DNA from: Raja brachyura
Lineage: Eukaryota
Assembly: GCA_963514005.1 (NCBI GenBank)
Contig: OY740800.1
Location: 27,404,001-27,468,000, forward strand
Length of the DNA stretch: 64,000 nt
Direction: 5' to 3'
Below, one piece after another: positions 26,220 through 38,881 of the stretch. Within the stretch, counting starts at the first letter, position 1; each line of letters opens with the position of its first letter. The notes beneath the pieces are model-generated. The model was not told where the DNA came from. It ran no database searches and worked only from the letters and a program-made list of their open reading frames with translations. The position numbers were made by a program, and so were the translations under genes.

Positions 26220-26765
26220 TCTTCCGTGCAGTTCTGGCCGACACGTTAGAGGAAGGATGTGGGGGCTTTGGAGGGGATGCGGAAGAGGTTAACAGGATGT
26301 CGTGTCTGGATTGGAGGGATTATCTATAAAGGGAGGATGGATATACTTGGATTGTTTTCTGTGGAGTGTCAGCGGGCGAGGGGAGACCAGACAGAAGTGT
26401 ATAAAAGGATGATAAGCATTGATGGGGTAGGCAGTCAGGACCTCATCCCCAGGGTGGAAACATCATAGTTAGATGGTGAGATGGGCAAAGTTTAAAGGAA
26501 ATGTTAACACAGAGGGTGTATAACCCTTTTTTGTGTAACCCTTAACACAGAGGATGATGGGTGCCTGGAATGTGCTGAAGGGGGTTGGTGGTGGAAGCAG
26601 ATATGATAGTGGTGTTTAAGACACATTTACAGACACATGTGAACAGACAGGGAATGCAGAGATATAGGCCATGTGCAGGCAGATGGGATTAGTTTAAATT
26701 GGGATTGTGACTAGCACAAGCATTGTGGGCCGAAAGCCCTGTTCCTGTGCGGCGCTGTTCTATGC
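26220..26765 (+). mobile_element. Degenerate CR1 LINE 3' fragment
   Basis: GTGCAGTTCTGG..GGAAGGATGTG..GGATTGTTTTCT..TGCCTGGAA motifs. Confidence 0.8.
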
Positions 26766-27006
26766 CCTCTCCACAGAAGAAAATGCCTGGATTTGTTCTA
26801 AATAAATCCCCTCCTTACTTGCACAAATGCAGCAAGAGACCCTTCCACCCATTGTTCCATGCTGCTCTCAAGCAGAACAATACCACCACAGTGTCATTCC
26901 CCCTCTCCTTATACCCCCGCAACTTATTCTCTCTGCCTCATCAACTCCTCTTTGGTTCTTTACACCACTAACCTACCATAAATATTGGTGCACTCACACT
27001 CTTGGT

Positions 27007-27060
27007 GGGGTGGAAGATTGCAACCTTCACGTGGTCCGCCCTGTTTCGTCTAATGCAATC
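27007..27060 (+). ncRNA. Minimal HDV-like self-cleaving ribozyme (predicted)
   Basis: P1 GGGGUGG/CCGCCCU with G1-U wobble; P2 GAUUGCA/UGCAAUC; P3 ACC/GGU; L3 UUCACGU (fits UYCHCGY); G27043 for P1.1; J4/2 CUAA with putative catalytic C27050; P4 replaced by a short loop. Confidence 0.8.
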
Positions 27061-27140
27061 AACGCGACGTGCACAGACAGAAGGTCAAATAGAACAAGTT
27101 GTCCTGCAACATTAGGCTGTGCACGCCACACGAAAGAAGA
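27007..27140 (+). mobile_element. 134-bp non-autonomous retroposon (SINE-like) with 5' HDV-like ribozyme and GAA tail
   Basis: Perfect 11-bp TSD ACACTCTTGGT (26996-27006, 27141-27151). Ends CACACGAAAGAAGA. No tRNA A/B boxes and no ORF. Confidence 0.85.
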
Positions 27141-27414
27141 ACACTCTTGGTTTCTGCTCTAACAGTTACTTTAAAGATTTGCTTCTCTTGTTTCTCCCCA
27201 TGCTTCATGCCTCACTCAGCCTTTTAGTTACTTCCCCATATTAAATTTAACCTACTGCGTCTGCCCTTTTCATCAATTTGTTTTTGTCCTCCTGAATCCT
27301 GTCACTACCTGCTGTACAGTGCTGTGTCAGACCTACATCCAGGACACTAATTGGACACAAAATAAACCTTATTTCACATTTACTCCCTTCTAGTCTGTTT
27401 CTAAAGAAACAGTC

Positions 27415-28265
27415 ATACTGTGGCAGAGATGTACAGCATGGAAACAGGCCCTTCAGCCCTCCTTGTCCAAGTGACCAAGTTGGCATATTGTGCTAGTCCC
27501 ATTTGCCTGCATTCGGCCCATGTCTCTCTAAACCCTTCCTACCCATATATCTGACAAAAATGATTTAAAGGTTGTAATTGTATCCGCTTCTTAAGTTTCC
27601 TCTGGCAGCTCATTCAAAATATGACTATCCTCTGAGTGAAAAGGTTACCCTGAGGGCCGTATTAAATCTCCCCCCTCCTTAAACCAATGCTCTCTAGTTT
27701 TCGAATCCTCTATACTGGCTAAAAGACTGTGAGCTTTCACTTTATCCACGCCCCTCATCATAAAGTTCTAAGTGATAGGAGCAAACTTAGGCCATTAGGC
27801 CCATCATGTCTACTCCACCATTCAATCATGGCTGACCTATCTCTCCCTCCTAACCCCATTCTCCTGCCTTATCCCCATAACCCTTGACACCCATAACACT
27901 TGATAATCCTCATGATCTTGTGCACCTCAATAAGTTCTCCCCTCAACCCCATAGACTCCAAAGAAAAAATCTCAGCCTAATCAACCTCTTGAGATAACAA
28001 AAGCCCACAAGCACAGGTAACATCCTGGTAAAGATCTTCTGCACCCTTTATAACTTAATGACATCCTTCCTATAGCTGGGTGACCAGAACTGCACAAAAT
28101 CCTCCAAGTGTGGTCCCACCAACAACTTGTACAGCTGCATCTTGATATCCCAACTTGATATCACAACGTTTGTACTCAATACCCTTCCCAATGAAGTCAA
28201 GCATGCCAAAGACCTTCTTCGCCACCTGGTCTATCAGACTCACCACTTTGAGAGAAACATGCACC
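27415..28265 (-). mobile_element. CR1 LINE 3' fragment with a nested second CR1 3' end (about 27760-27895)
   Basis: ORF 28070-28291 reads KKVFGMLDFIGKGIEYK. 3' UTR motifs present. Confidence 0.8.
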
Positions 28266-29139
28266 TGTCTGGTTTTGTTCTTTGAAGGCAAATGTCAGCA
28301 GTTCCGAGACAAATTTTGCAAACTTAGGATCCTGTAGCTGATTGCACAACCAGCGGAGATGGGAAGACAAAAAAATAACCTTCATCCATCATCTCCTATC
28401 ACTTTAGCATTAATTATATTTTCAGAAGAAAAGATTTAAAAGCCAACATTAATAAACAGGCCACTTAGTAAAATAATTCACCATCACACCTCAGTGTTTG
28501 GCAATGAAATTAGAACTTTCAAAACTCAATTACCTTGAATTAAATTGTTGCTAATGAACTATTCCTGAGTCTGGAGTAGGGTCTCAACCTATTACGTCAT
28601 ATATCCATGTTCCCCAGAGATGCTGCCTGGCCTGCTCAGTTATACCAGCATTCTGCATACTTTTATATGTTAACTAGCATCTGCAGTTCCTTGCTTCTGC
28701 TAACTGTTTCTCTCAGTTTGATTCTATTTTTGCACTGGGCAAGTAGAACAAATGAATGATCCAATTACTCACAGTGGTCTGAAGAAGGGTCCCAACCCGA
28801 AATGTCACCTATCCAGGTTCTGCAGAGATGCTGCCTGGCCCGTTGAGTTACTCCAGCACATTGTGTTTCTTTTACTTACAGCAATGTGTCCATGCATGGC
28901 GTTCCAGCCGGGATATGCTAACTCCTGGGATGTCACCAAAAGAGCACTTAAAGACAAATCCTCTACCAAACCTTAATATCCAGTGAGAAATGGGACCACA
29001 CTTAAGCAGGAGATGTTCCACAGGTTGATCAAAGCTCAGAATCAGATGCTGCTATAGAGAGTGAGAGAGGGGTATGGAGTGCGATGAGGGAAGTGCAGAA
29101 GGTAGGAACAGGCAGACTCCACCATCCAGCCTTCATTCA

Positions 29140-29910
29140 GTTAAGTGTGAGGTGTAACATTTTTGGAAGTCAAATCAGGGCAGGATCTAAACAGGATCTA
29201 AAGCCCTGGAGATGGTTGTAGAGGAGAGGGATCTAGGAGTACAAGTACATAGATCTCTGAACGTGGCATTGCAGGTAGATAGGATGGTCAAGAAGGCTTT
29301 TAGTACATTGACATTAATCGGTCAGATTATTGAGTACAAATGTTGGGACATTGTATTACAATTGTACAAGACATGTGTGAGGCTGCACTTGGAGTATTGT
29401 GTTCAGTTTTGGATGCACTGCTACAGGAAAAATGCCATTAAGGTGGAAAGTGTGCTGAGAAGATTTGCAAGAATGTTGCTGAGACTTGAGGGCCTGAACT
29501 ACAGGGAGAGGTAGGGCAGACTAGGACATCTTTCCTTGGAGCGTAGGACGCAATGATCTTCAAACAGTGTATAAAATCATGAGGGAAATAGTTGTGGAGA
29601 ATGCAGAGAGTCTTTTACCGAGAGTAAGAGAATCAATAACTGAAGAGCCGGAATTTAAGGTGAGGGAGGAAGGATGTAATAGGAACTTGAGGGCAACGTT
29701 TTTCACACAGAGGGTGGTAGGTATATGGAACAAGCTGCCAGAGGAGAGGGTTGAGGCAGTAATAGCAACATTTAAAAGGCATTTGGTACATGGATTGGAA
29801 GGGTTTCGAGGGGTATGGGTCAAATGTAAGCAAATGGGACTAGCTCAGTATGACAACTTGGTCATCATGGACAAGATGGGCCGAAGGGCCTGTGCTGTAC
29901 AGCTCTATGA
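29140..29910 (+). mobile_element. CR1 LINE 3' fragment
   Basis: ERDLGVQVH...RLHLEYCVQFW and FFTQRVVGIWNKLPE. Confidence 0.88.
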
Positions 29911-30558
29911 CTTCCCAGCCTCCCGAATGCAGTCACATCTTTGCAATCTCCCCGCACCTCTCAGGATCAGGAAGGTTTATTTCAGGTAGTGAATTGTGCT
30001 CCAGGCAGTTTGTTTTGATGTGAGTATCTTGCTGCATACTCCAATGTTTAATCAGCTCTAATTTGTTTATGCTTGGATTGGAAGAGTTGAATTTTCTTTC
30101 TTGACAACACTCCAGATGAGGAAGACCCTGGCTCTCCTGTGGCAGTACTGCCCCCTAAAGCTCAGTTTTAGTACATCAGTCTTGCTGAGACATTCTCTGA
30201 TATTTGGCATATCAATTCAATGATACATCAATGTTGCGATGGTTTGTTTATTGCCACGTGGTCCGAGATACAGTGAAAAGCTGTTTCTGCGTGTTATCCA
30301 GTCAAATCACACTGTACATGAATACGTGTATTTTACCACATATTCATAAATACCACAGGGGCAATGGATGAGAAAGTGAGGTAACATAGAACTAGTGTGA
30401 ACAGGTGATCATTGGTCAGTTGGACCATGTGTGGACCGAAGGGTCTGCTTCCATGCTGTATTTATAATCTACATTAAAACTAAAACATTTAATCCACTGG
30501 AATAGTATGCAGAGTCACCATGCTCGAAGGTGTGCTGGTGTGAAGGTGCGAGACACTG

Positions 30559-30787
30559 ATAGAAACATAGAAACATAAAAAATAGGTGCAGGAGTAGGCC
30601 ATTCGGCCCTTCGAGCCTGCACCGCCATTCAATACGATCATGGCTGATCATCCAACTCAGTATCCTGTACCTGCCTTCTCCCCATACCCCCTGATCCCTT
30701 TAGCCACAAGGGCCACATCTAACTCCCTCTAAAATATAGCCAATGAACTGGCCTCAACTACCTTCTGTGGCAGAGAATTCCACAGAT
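30559..30787 (-). mobile_element. Young HER1-like 3' end inserted in a short degenerate minisatellite of about 30 bp
   Basis: Near-identical to 36300-36525. GTGCGAGACAC recurs on both sides (about 30547, 30822, 30854). Confidence 0.8.
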
Positions 30788-31739
30788 AAAACAATTCCAC
30801 TGGTGGTGTCCCAGTGTGAGAGTGCGAGACACTGATGGTTTCCCAGTATGAGTGTGCGAGACACACACAAGTATCCACATGTGCAGCCAGACATGCCAGG
30901 TGTGTGATACATCCCAATCTCTTCTGAGATTCCACTGTCACAGGAGCCCAACTCCCACCAACTCCATGTGTATAACTCTGTGTGGTCTCAAAAAATGGCT
31001 GGGTGTGCCGGAGACAGTAAAGGCCGCGGACCTGACAACATCCCCACTGTGGTTCCGGAGACCTCCCCTCCAGTGCTCTCTGTGCCTCTGGCCAAGCTGC
31101 TCCCCTCCAGCGCCAACACTGGCATCTGCCCAACTATATGGAAAACGATCAGTCTGAAGAAAGGTCCCGATCAGAAACATTGTCTGTCCATTGCCTCCGC
31201 CGATGCTCACTGACTCACTCAGTTTCCCTAGCATTTTATTTAGTTTACCCAAAGGGTCTTCAATAGAGTCATAGAGCATGGAAACAGGATATTCGGCCCA
31301 GCTTGCCCATGCCGACCAAGGTGCCCCATCTACACTACCCCACCTATTGCAACAAGATCAACCCTCATTTTGCTAAACTCCACAAAGAATCCAGTGCGCT
31401 GAGGAAACTGCAGCAATGCACAGAGCAAGAGAAAGAGTGCAGAGGCAAAGCAGTCAGTGACTGCTGAGATCCAAAGTGATAATACCAATAAAAATGCACA
31501 GGACATTAAAATGTAAGTAATCCAGTTCATAGCTGCAAATCTGATGAAACAAACAGATTCATTAAAAATTGATTAAACTCATGAATGGATTTAATTGGTT
31601 AGCACTCACATTTTGCATATCTGCTCAATACTGACTGCTTGATAATCCTCCCGCAGAGGTCAATTTATTTTCATAAAGAATAGATTTTGAGTTCTAATCT
31701 GTGTTTAAATAATGAGTGCATGGTCCATCTGAGAGTCAC

Positions 31740-32305
31740 AGTCACAGAGTTCTGCAGCACAGAAATATGCCCTTCGACCCACCTTGTCCATGCCAGCAGT
31801 TGCATTTTGAGCTAGTCCCATATGATTGCATTTGACCCCAGCACTCTGAACTCTTTCTATCCATAATATCTGCCCAAATATCTTTTAATTTATTCCACTT
31901 CTATAGCTTCCTCTGGCAGCTCTTCCAGATACAGATTACCCTCTGAGTGAAAAGTTGCTCCTGAGGACCCTCTTAGAATTCTTCCCTCTCACCTTATTCC
32001 TATACTCTGGAAAAAAGACTGAGAGTGTTTACTTTATTATCATGCACACCTCAGTAAAGTCACCCTTTGGTCTCCTATGCCCCATAGAAAACAATCCCAC
32101 CTATCCAACTGCTCCCTCTAACTCAAGCCCACAAGCCCAGATAACATCCTGGTGAAGGTAGACAAAAATGCTGGAGAAACTCAGCGGGTGCAGCTGCATC
32201 CATGGAGCAAAGGAAATAGGCAACGTTTCGGGCCAAAACCCTTCTTCAGACTGATCCTGGTGAATCTCCTCTTCATCCTTTCCAACCTAATGACATCCTT
32301 CCTGT
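31740..32305 (-). mobile_element. Old CR1 3' fragment hosting the 32157-32253 insertion
   Basis: CR1 sequence ACATCCTGGTGAATCTCCTC is restored when the insert is removed. Confidence 0.75.
32157..32253 (-). mobile_element. 97-bp PLE-derived hammerhead repeat with perfect TSD
   Basis: TSD ATCCTGGTGAA (32146-32156, 32254-32264). Core CTGAAGA-A-GGGT-TTTG-GCCC-GAAA-C-GTT on minus (32222-32249). Confidence 0.88.
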
Positions 32306-32324
32306 ATGTTCACTGAGCTGCAGT

Positions 32325-32644
32325 TTAGTTTTAGTTTAGTTTCGAGATACAGCACAGAAACAGGCCCTTCGGCCCACCGAGTCCGCACCGACCAATCATC
32401 CCGGTACATTAACACTATCCTACACACACTAGGGATAATTTACACATACACCAAGCCAATCAGCCTACGTGTACATCTTTGGAGTGTGGGGAGAAACCGA
32501 AGATCTCAGAGAAAACCCACGCGGTCACGGGGAGAACATACAAACTCCTTACAGACAGCACCCATAGTCGGGATCGAACCCGGGTCTCCAGCGCTGCAAG
32601 CGCTGTAAGGCAACAACTCTGCCGCTGCGCCACCATGGCCACCC
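32325..32644 (-). mobile_element. Young full-length HE1/V-SINE-like SINE with intact Pol III boxes
   Basis: A box TGGCGCAGCGG (32622-32632), B box GGTTCGATCCC (32570-32580), V-domain and (AAACT)n tail. Confidence 0.9.
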
Positions 32645-32950
32645 TTCGCCACCAACACAGTTGAGAAAATGTGGATAAATTATTTCATTTTAAAAAAACA
32701 TCAAGATATTTCAAAGTCCCAGAGAAGTGTGAATTAGGTCTAGTGTAAGGAATTACTTCATCAAGGCATCCCAGGATGGAGATGAAGGAGAAGGTCTCGG
32801 GATAAGAGGGTATTATTTAATTGCTGTCACTTTAATGTATTTTCTCTCTTCTACCTCTAGGGGAAGATACAGGAGCTTGAAGCACAGACATCGAACAGCT
32901 TCTTACCCACATCTATTGGACTCCTGAAACAATCGGCACAACATTGATGA

Positions 32951-33109
32951 AGATAGACACAAAATGCTGGAGTAACTCAGCAGGACAGGCAGCATCTGTA
33001 GAGAGGAGGGATGGGTGACATTTCGGGTCTCAACCCAAAGCATCAGCCATTCCTTTTCTCCAGAGATGCTGCCTGTCCCGCTGAGTTACTCCAGCATAAG
33101 TATCTATCT
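32951..33109. repeat. Palindromic head-to-head PLE repeat
   Basis: Arms AGATAGACAC..ATGCTGGAGTAACTCAGC and GCTGAGTTACTCCAGCAT..TATCTATCT. Axis lies in GGGT-CTCA-ACCC (33025-33036). Confidence 0.85.
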
Positions 33110-33364
33110 AAATGCGTGGGAAGAAACTGCAGATGCTGGTTTACACTGTTGAGGCGGGTCAGGCAGCTTCTCTGGACAGAAGGTCGAGGGACCCAAAATC
33201 TCACTCATTCCTGTGTTCCAGAGATGCTGCCTGGCCCGTGGAGATCCTCTAGCATTATGTGTCTAAATCTAAATGCACTGAGTTCTGCTTAGTTCCATAT
33301 ACCCACCAACCTCTGTGAGAAAATAATGCCACTTCGCTTTCTATTGTTTTTTTCTCTTTTCACC

Positions 33365-33750
33365 TTCAGAGGTTGAACAAACTTGGATTGTTTTCTCAGG
33401 CGTATAGGTTAAGGGAAGACCTGATAGAAGTTTATAGAATTCGAGGGGCAGAGATAAAGAAGACTACTAGAGTTATTAGAGAACATAGTTTTAAGGTGAG
33501 AGGGGTAAAGTTTTAGGGAGATGAGCTGGGCAAGTCTTTTACATTGTGGGTGGTGGGTGCTTGGAACACACTGCCAGGGTGGTGGTGGAAGCAGATGCAA
33601 TAGTGGCATTTAAATAAACATATGAAACGTGCGGGGAATAGAGGGATATAGACCTTATGCCGTGAGGTAAGATTAGTTTACATTAGCATTCTGTTGGCAT
33701 ACTCAGGGCTGAAGAGTCTGTTCCTGTGTTATACATTTCCATGTTCTATG
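33365..33750 (+). mobile_element. Degenerate CR1 3' fragment
   Basis: AAACTTGGATTGTTTTCT..TTTAAGGTGAGAGGGG motifs. Confidence 0.75.
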
Positions 33751-34702
33751 TTTTTATAGAGAAATTGAATTGAATAAAAATGAAAATAAAATGTCATCTT
33801 TAAAATTGCAATGCTCAAGTTTAATAGAATAATCAACATCTCCATTTGTGGCATCTGAATATTGTGAATATTCCTTCTATGCCTGCAGAGAAGGTCTAAT
33901 TGGTTCAGCAGGAGAGTTGGAAGCAGTCATATAACACAGTGTGTAGCTTTGCAATCCTCACTGGCCACTGGGGGCCTCTGTGATTCAGGTTACTTCTCCC
34001 TGATTGAATGTTTAAACATTAATGACTTACAGCAAAAGCAATTCCTGCCTTGGCACATGTGGGTGAATTAAACAGAGAAGTCAGGAAGAGGGACGCCTCC
34101 GTTTTTCCTAATTTAACTTCCGTGCAGCAGCCATTGTGTGGATTTTTTTGCCCCAGCTGTGTTCACCAACTCACTCCCAAGGATTAAAATCACCCTCTCC
34201 GCTCTCCGCAGAACCCTGCAACAGGGTCCCAACCTGAAACGTCGCCTGTCCATGTTCTCCACAGATGCTGCCTGACCTGCTGAGTTACTCCAACACTCTG
34301 CACCTTCTATTGTCAACCAGCATCTGCAGTTTTTTTTAAGCTGCATTTTTTATTTTCACTAAATATTCGATAAGTTCACTGTCAACCACACACCTTTGCT
34401 GCCTGGCCAAGCTGTAATTCCACACCAATGCTCTACCTAAACGATTGACGATTTTGAGTATGCTGTATTCCCAACAATTACTTTATAATCCATTGGGCTT
34501 TGTCCTCCAGAGGGAGCCAAATGGCCAAGAATCTCTAAGCAGCCGGCCACAGACCAATTAGATGAAAACTACTGAGACATGGGATGCAGATGCTGCAATC
34601 TGGAGCACAAACAAATGCCTGGAGGAACACGGCGGGTCGAGCAGCATCTGTGCGGGGGAAAGAATTGTCGAAGTTTCCATTAGGAACCCTGCATCATACT
34701 TT

Positions 34703-34972
34703 AGAAGTTGGAGACACAGCACAGAAACAGGCCCTTTGGTCCTCCAAGTCCGCGCTGACCAGCGATCATTAACGCAATTCTGCACAACTTACCAAAAGCC
34801 AATTAACCTACAAACCTGTCTTTGGGGTGAGGGAGGAAGCCAGAGCACCCTGAGAAAACCCACGCGGTTAAAGGGAGAAAGTACAAACTTCATACAGATA
34901 TCACCCGTGCTCAGGATCGAACCTGGGCCTCGAGCGCTATAAGGCAGCAACTCTACCGCTGCACCTCTGTGC
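34703..34972 (-). mobile_element. HE1/V-SINE-like SINE
   Basis: B box GGTTCGATCC on minus. Similar to 32325-32644. Confidence 0.8.
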
Positions 34973-36299
34973 TGCAGGATTTAAGATTACTGACACATCC
35001 TGGATAAACAACAAAAACATTTTTGTAACCTGTGTTTTCACACAAGGAGATAAAGTCCAAGAAAGTAAAGTTGCCTTGAAATGTTTTGAGTTTATCCAAT
35101 ACAAAGTGCGTGGAAAAGAATTGTGAGAATGAAAATACATGAAAGGTAGATAGCGAGGGGGTTCTGATGATTCATTTCCTGCCCAGACACTGCAATGAAA
35201 TATAATGAGTCACACACTTAAATGCGGCCTTACCATTAGATAACAAACCATTTCCTCAATGGAACAGAATATTTGGCAACTTGGAATCCTGCGCATGGAA
35301 TGGAACCCACGCTCAAGTTAATATTAACTTAATAAAGGAAAGCATGGAGATTTGGAGATGTGTGATGCTTGCCATAAGGGTAACAGAATACCAGGAATAA
35401 GTTCCTATCTTTTTATTAAAGACTGTTCCTAAATCTCTCACATCAATCAGAGGAAGCAGTAATTTAGCATCCTTACCAAACGGTGGCCGAAATGTAACAA
35501 AGCTACTTTTCAGCTGAAGGCTAACTGAAGGGTTGCACCTTGAACAGGGCAGCATCATTCAGACCTAAAGTACTGGAGTAACTCAGCAGGTCTGGTTGCT
35601 GAAGAAGTGTACCGACCCGAAACATCACCTATCCATGTTCTCCAGGGATGCTGCATGTCCTGCTGCGTTACTCCAGCACTCTGTGTCTATGTAAACCAGC
35701 ATCAGCAGTTCCTTGTATCTACAATACTCATTCAGTCCTGAAGAACGCAGCAAGAGCGAAGTACACCCCCCCTGTTCTCCATCAGTCTGAAGAAGGGTCG
35801 CAACCTGATATGTCTTCCCATTCCCTGCAGAGATGCTGCCTGACCTGCTGAGTGTTTCTAGCAATTTGTTTTTTTGCTCCAGATGCCAGCATCTGTAGTC
35901 TCTTGTGTCTCCATTGTGTTTATGTGGCTGGTCCTGTTCAGTTTCTGGTCAATGGTGACCTCTAAGACAGTGGGGGGCTCAATGATGAAAATGAAATCTT
36001 TACTTCTTACACTAAATCAAAATAGACATGATTTAGTCTAGAATAAAGATATGGAAATGTTAGAGGGATATCAGGCCACCATACATTGTGTAAAACGATG
36101 TTAGAAAAATACTTGCCACGTGCGACAAATTAGTGACAACAATGAAAATAAAATAACACGTCTCTACATGGGCTGGTGCCTCCTTATCTTGAACACCAAT
36201 TAAATAAAAACTTGCTTCTTTGGAAAAGAACTAGTCGAGTCTTGTATTAAGTAGCAATTCAAGTGATAGTACATCACGTCTTCATTGGTAAAAATAAAT

Positions 36300-36789
36300 A
36301 GAAACATAGAAACATAGAAAAATAGGTGCAGGAGTAGGCCATTTGGCCCTTTGAGCCTGCACCGCCATTCAATGTGATCATGGCTGATCATCCAACTCAG
36401 TATCCCGTACCTGCCTTCTCTCCATATCCCCTGATCCCTTTGGCCACAAGTGCCACATCTAACGCCCTCTTAAATATAGCCAATGAACTGGCCTCAACTA
36501 CCTTCTGTGGCAGAGAATTCCAGAGACTCACGACTCTCTGTGTAAAGAATGTTTTCCTCATCTCGGTCCTAAAGGAATTCGCCCTTATCCTTAGACTGTG
36601 ACCCCTTGTTCTGGACTCCCCCAACATCGGGAACAATCTTCCAGCATCTAGCTTGTCCAACCCCTTAAGAATTTTATAAGTTTCTATAAGATCCCCCCTC
36701 AATCTTCTAAATTCCAGCGAGTACAAGCCGAGTCTATCCAATCTTTCCTCATATGAAAGTCCTGACATCCCAGGAATCAGTCTGGTGTT
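36300..36789 (-). mobile_element. Young CR1/HER1-like LINE 3' end
   Basis: Intact frame (ORF 36397-36792) close to the protein of 3900-4297, with the same tail repeat. Confidence 0.92.
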
Positions 36790-38881
36790 CAAGAATTGTC
36801 GTTAATGTTTGTTGATTCATTCTCATTTTGCCCAGTCTCTCCCTGTCGCTAAGCTCGCTTGACCAGTGGTTGTGTTTTTGTTTATGTTCATGTAATCAGG
36901 AAAATTTCAATCTTACTTCAAAATAGTCACGTTAATACATTGCTGCATGCACCAGGCTCAGAGTGAGCAGCCCAGAGCTGCTTGGGAATGCAGAGCATAC
37001 AGTTCAACCTGTCACAGTGAGTGGTGTAGATCACAATGTTAGGGCGCTAGACTTGAATTTCACAGAAGTGCTTAAGGGGGTCAGGAAGAAATTTCACACA
37101 TTTTCATCTTCTTTGATGTTATGCCTGTGGTTAGTCAATTCCACTGGGAAATTAATTAAACGAGGGGTAAAACAAAACGACATGGTTTTCTGTTGAAACG
37201 CCGACCGGATTGTTTCGGCATCCAATCCTGCTATCGAAAGAAAGCAACAGCTTTGGAAAGGTTCCTGTAAGAGGCTGAAAATGTAAACCTAAGGTTACAG
37301 AAAAAAGCTCAATCACCTGGAGCTCCTGCATGGAGAAGGGCAAAGTGGAATTTAATGCAGATTTGTCAAATTCTGTGAAGTTTTGAAATCAAAGAAACAA
37401 TGATAATTTCTCGGTGAACCCGGAACAAGGAGGCACGAGCCCAGGAAGCCGGACAATGGATATTGTCCGAGTGTGGATAGTCGTTAGAAGCAGTCTTGAA
37501 ACAGCTTTTCTGAGCCAGAAATGACAACATCATATAGTTGGTAATTAGCAAAAAACACTGGTAATTTGAAGAATGAAGCAAAGATATGGAAAGGATGGGA
37601 GGAAAAAAGGAAGGAAGAAGTCAGGCAGAGTATACACCATAAGAAAAATTCCGCATATCGCATTACGAAAATTAACATGCAATGTTGATTTGTGCAGGTG
37701 CTGCTGTTATGGAGCACAATCCTCCAGCTAACCTGTTTTTCCTGGCACAGTTGTACACATGTTTGGCAGCAAGAGGGTGATCTATTATTTGATGCGTCGG
37801 TACATCTCTGTGTCTTGTTGATTCTTCTTCTTCTCCCCAGATTCCAAGGCATACAGCCAGTTGATTAAAGGGCATTGAAGGACCTGCTGACTTTAAGGCC
37901 CCTGTGCAGACCAGTTGCCCAAGACTCAATTGCGATCGCAGTCCTTTCCCTTGCAACTGGGAAGATACTGTAAACAGAGATTAAAGAGAACAGGATGAGC
38001 AGTAATATGCGGAGGTGGGACTCACAGCAAGCGGGCAGGTCTATCTTGGTCATTAGTGGGACAATTCCTATGCCAGAAGCTTTGCAATAATCAATGTTTG
38101 GGAATCCAGCATTTTTCCAAGGAGGTTATAAGAGAAATCTGTTGATGGTGTATAGAGCAGGGGGGTGACTGCATTACCAATAGCACCCAAGGTGTCATGG
38201 AGGCTTGGTATTAGGATCTGTCTGAAGAAGAGTCTAGACCCGAAACGTCATCTATCCATGTTCTCCAGAGATACTGCCCGACCTGCTGAGTTATTCCAAC
38301 ACTTTGTGTCCTTTTGTGGTCTCACGATGATTGTGGTCAAGAGTGGTAACTAGATCTCGGTTACAAATTAACAAACTGCTGGAAGAACTCAGCAGGTCAG
38401 CCTGCATCCGTGGAGGCAGAGCAGGAATTTACATCTCGGGTTGAGAACATGTAGTACGACTCGATAACAAGATGTGATTGCCTTTTGACAGAATGACCTG
38501 GTTTAAACTGGGTGTAGGGTTCAGCAAGACTGCAGCATCCCTCATGACTTACGTTGCCATTGATTGCAAATGGATTGGATTGCAGCTACCAAATGTCAAC
38601 TCTCCTGTGCCGTTGAATCCAAAAGGGGCTGCACTCCCTCAGCATGGCCTCATGTTCTGGTATGGTAAGTCCAGGGCACAGGAATGCAAGAGGCTGCAGA
38701 GTGGTGGACTCATCTACATGAGGAGCTGCCACCAAAAGGCAGCATCTAACATCGATGGTTCCACACCATCCGGGCCATGCCTTCTTCTCAGTGCTACCAT
38801 TGGGCAGGAGATACAGAAGCTTGAAGTCTCACACCACCAGGTTCAGGAACAAATAATTTCCTACAACCATCAGGTTCTTGA

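Noticed and set aside
31345-31518. Purine-rich exon-like stretch ending in AT|GTAAGT
   Set aside because: No good acceptor and stops in the frames; at most a non-coding exon.
36960-38160. Unique 1.2-kb stretch as a coding exon
   Set aside because: Only short unrelated ORFs on both strands, with no recognisable domain.
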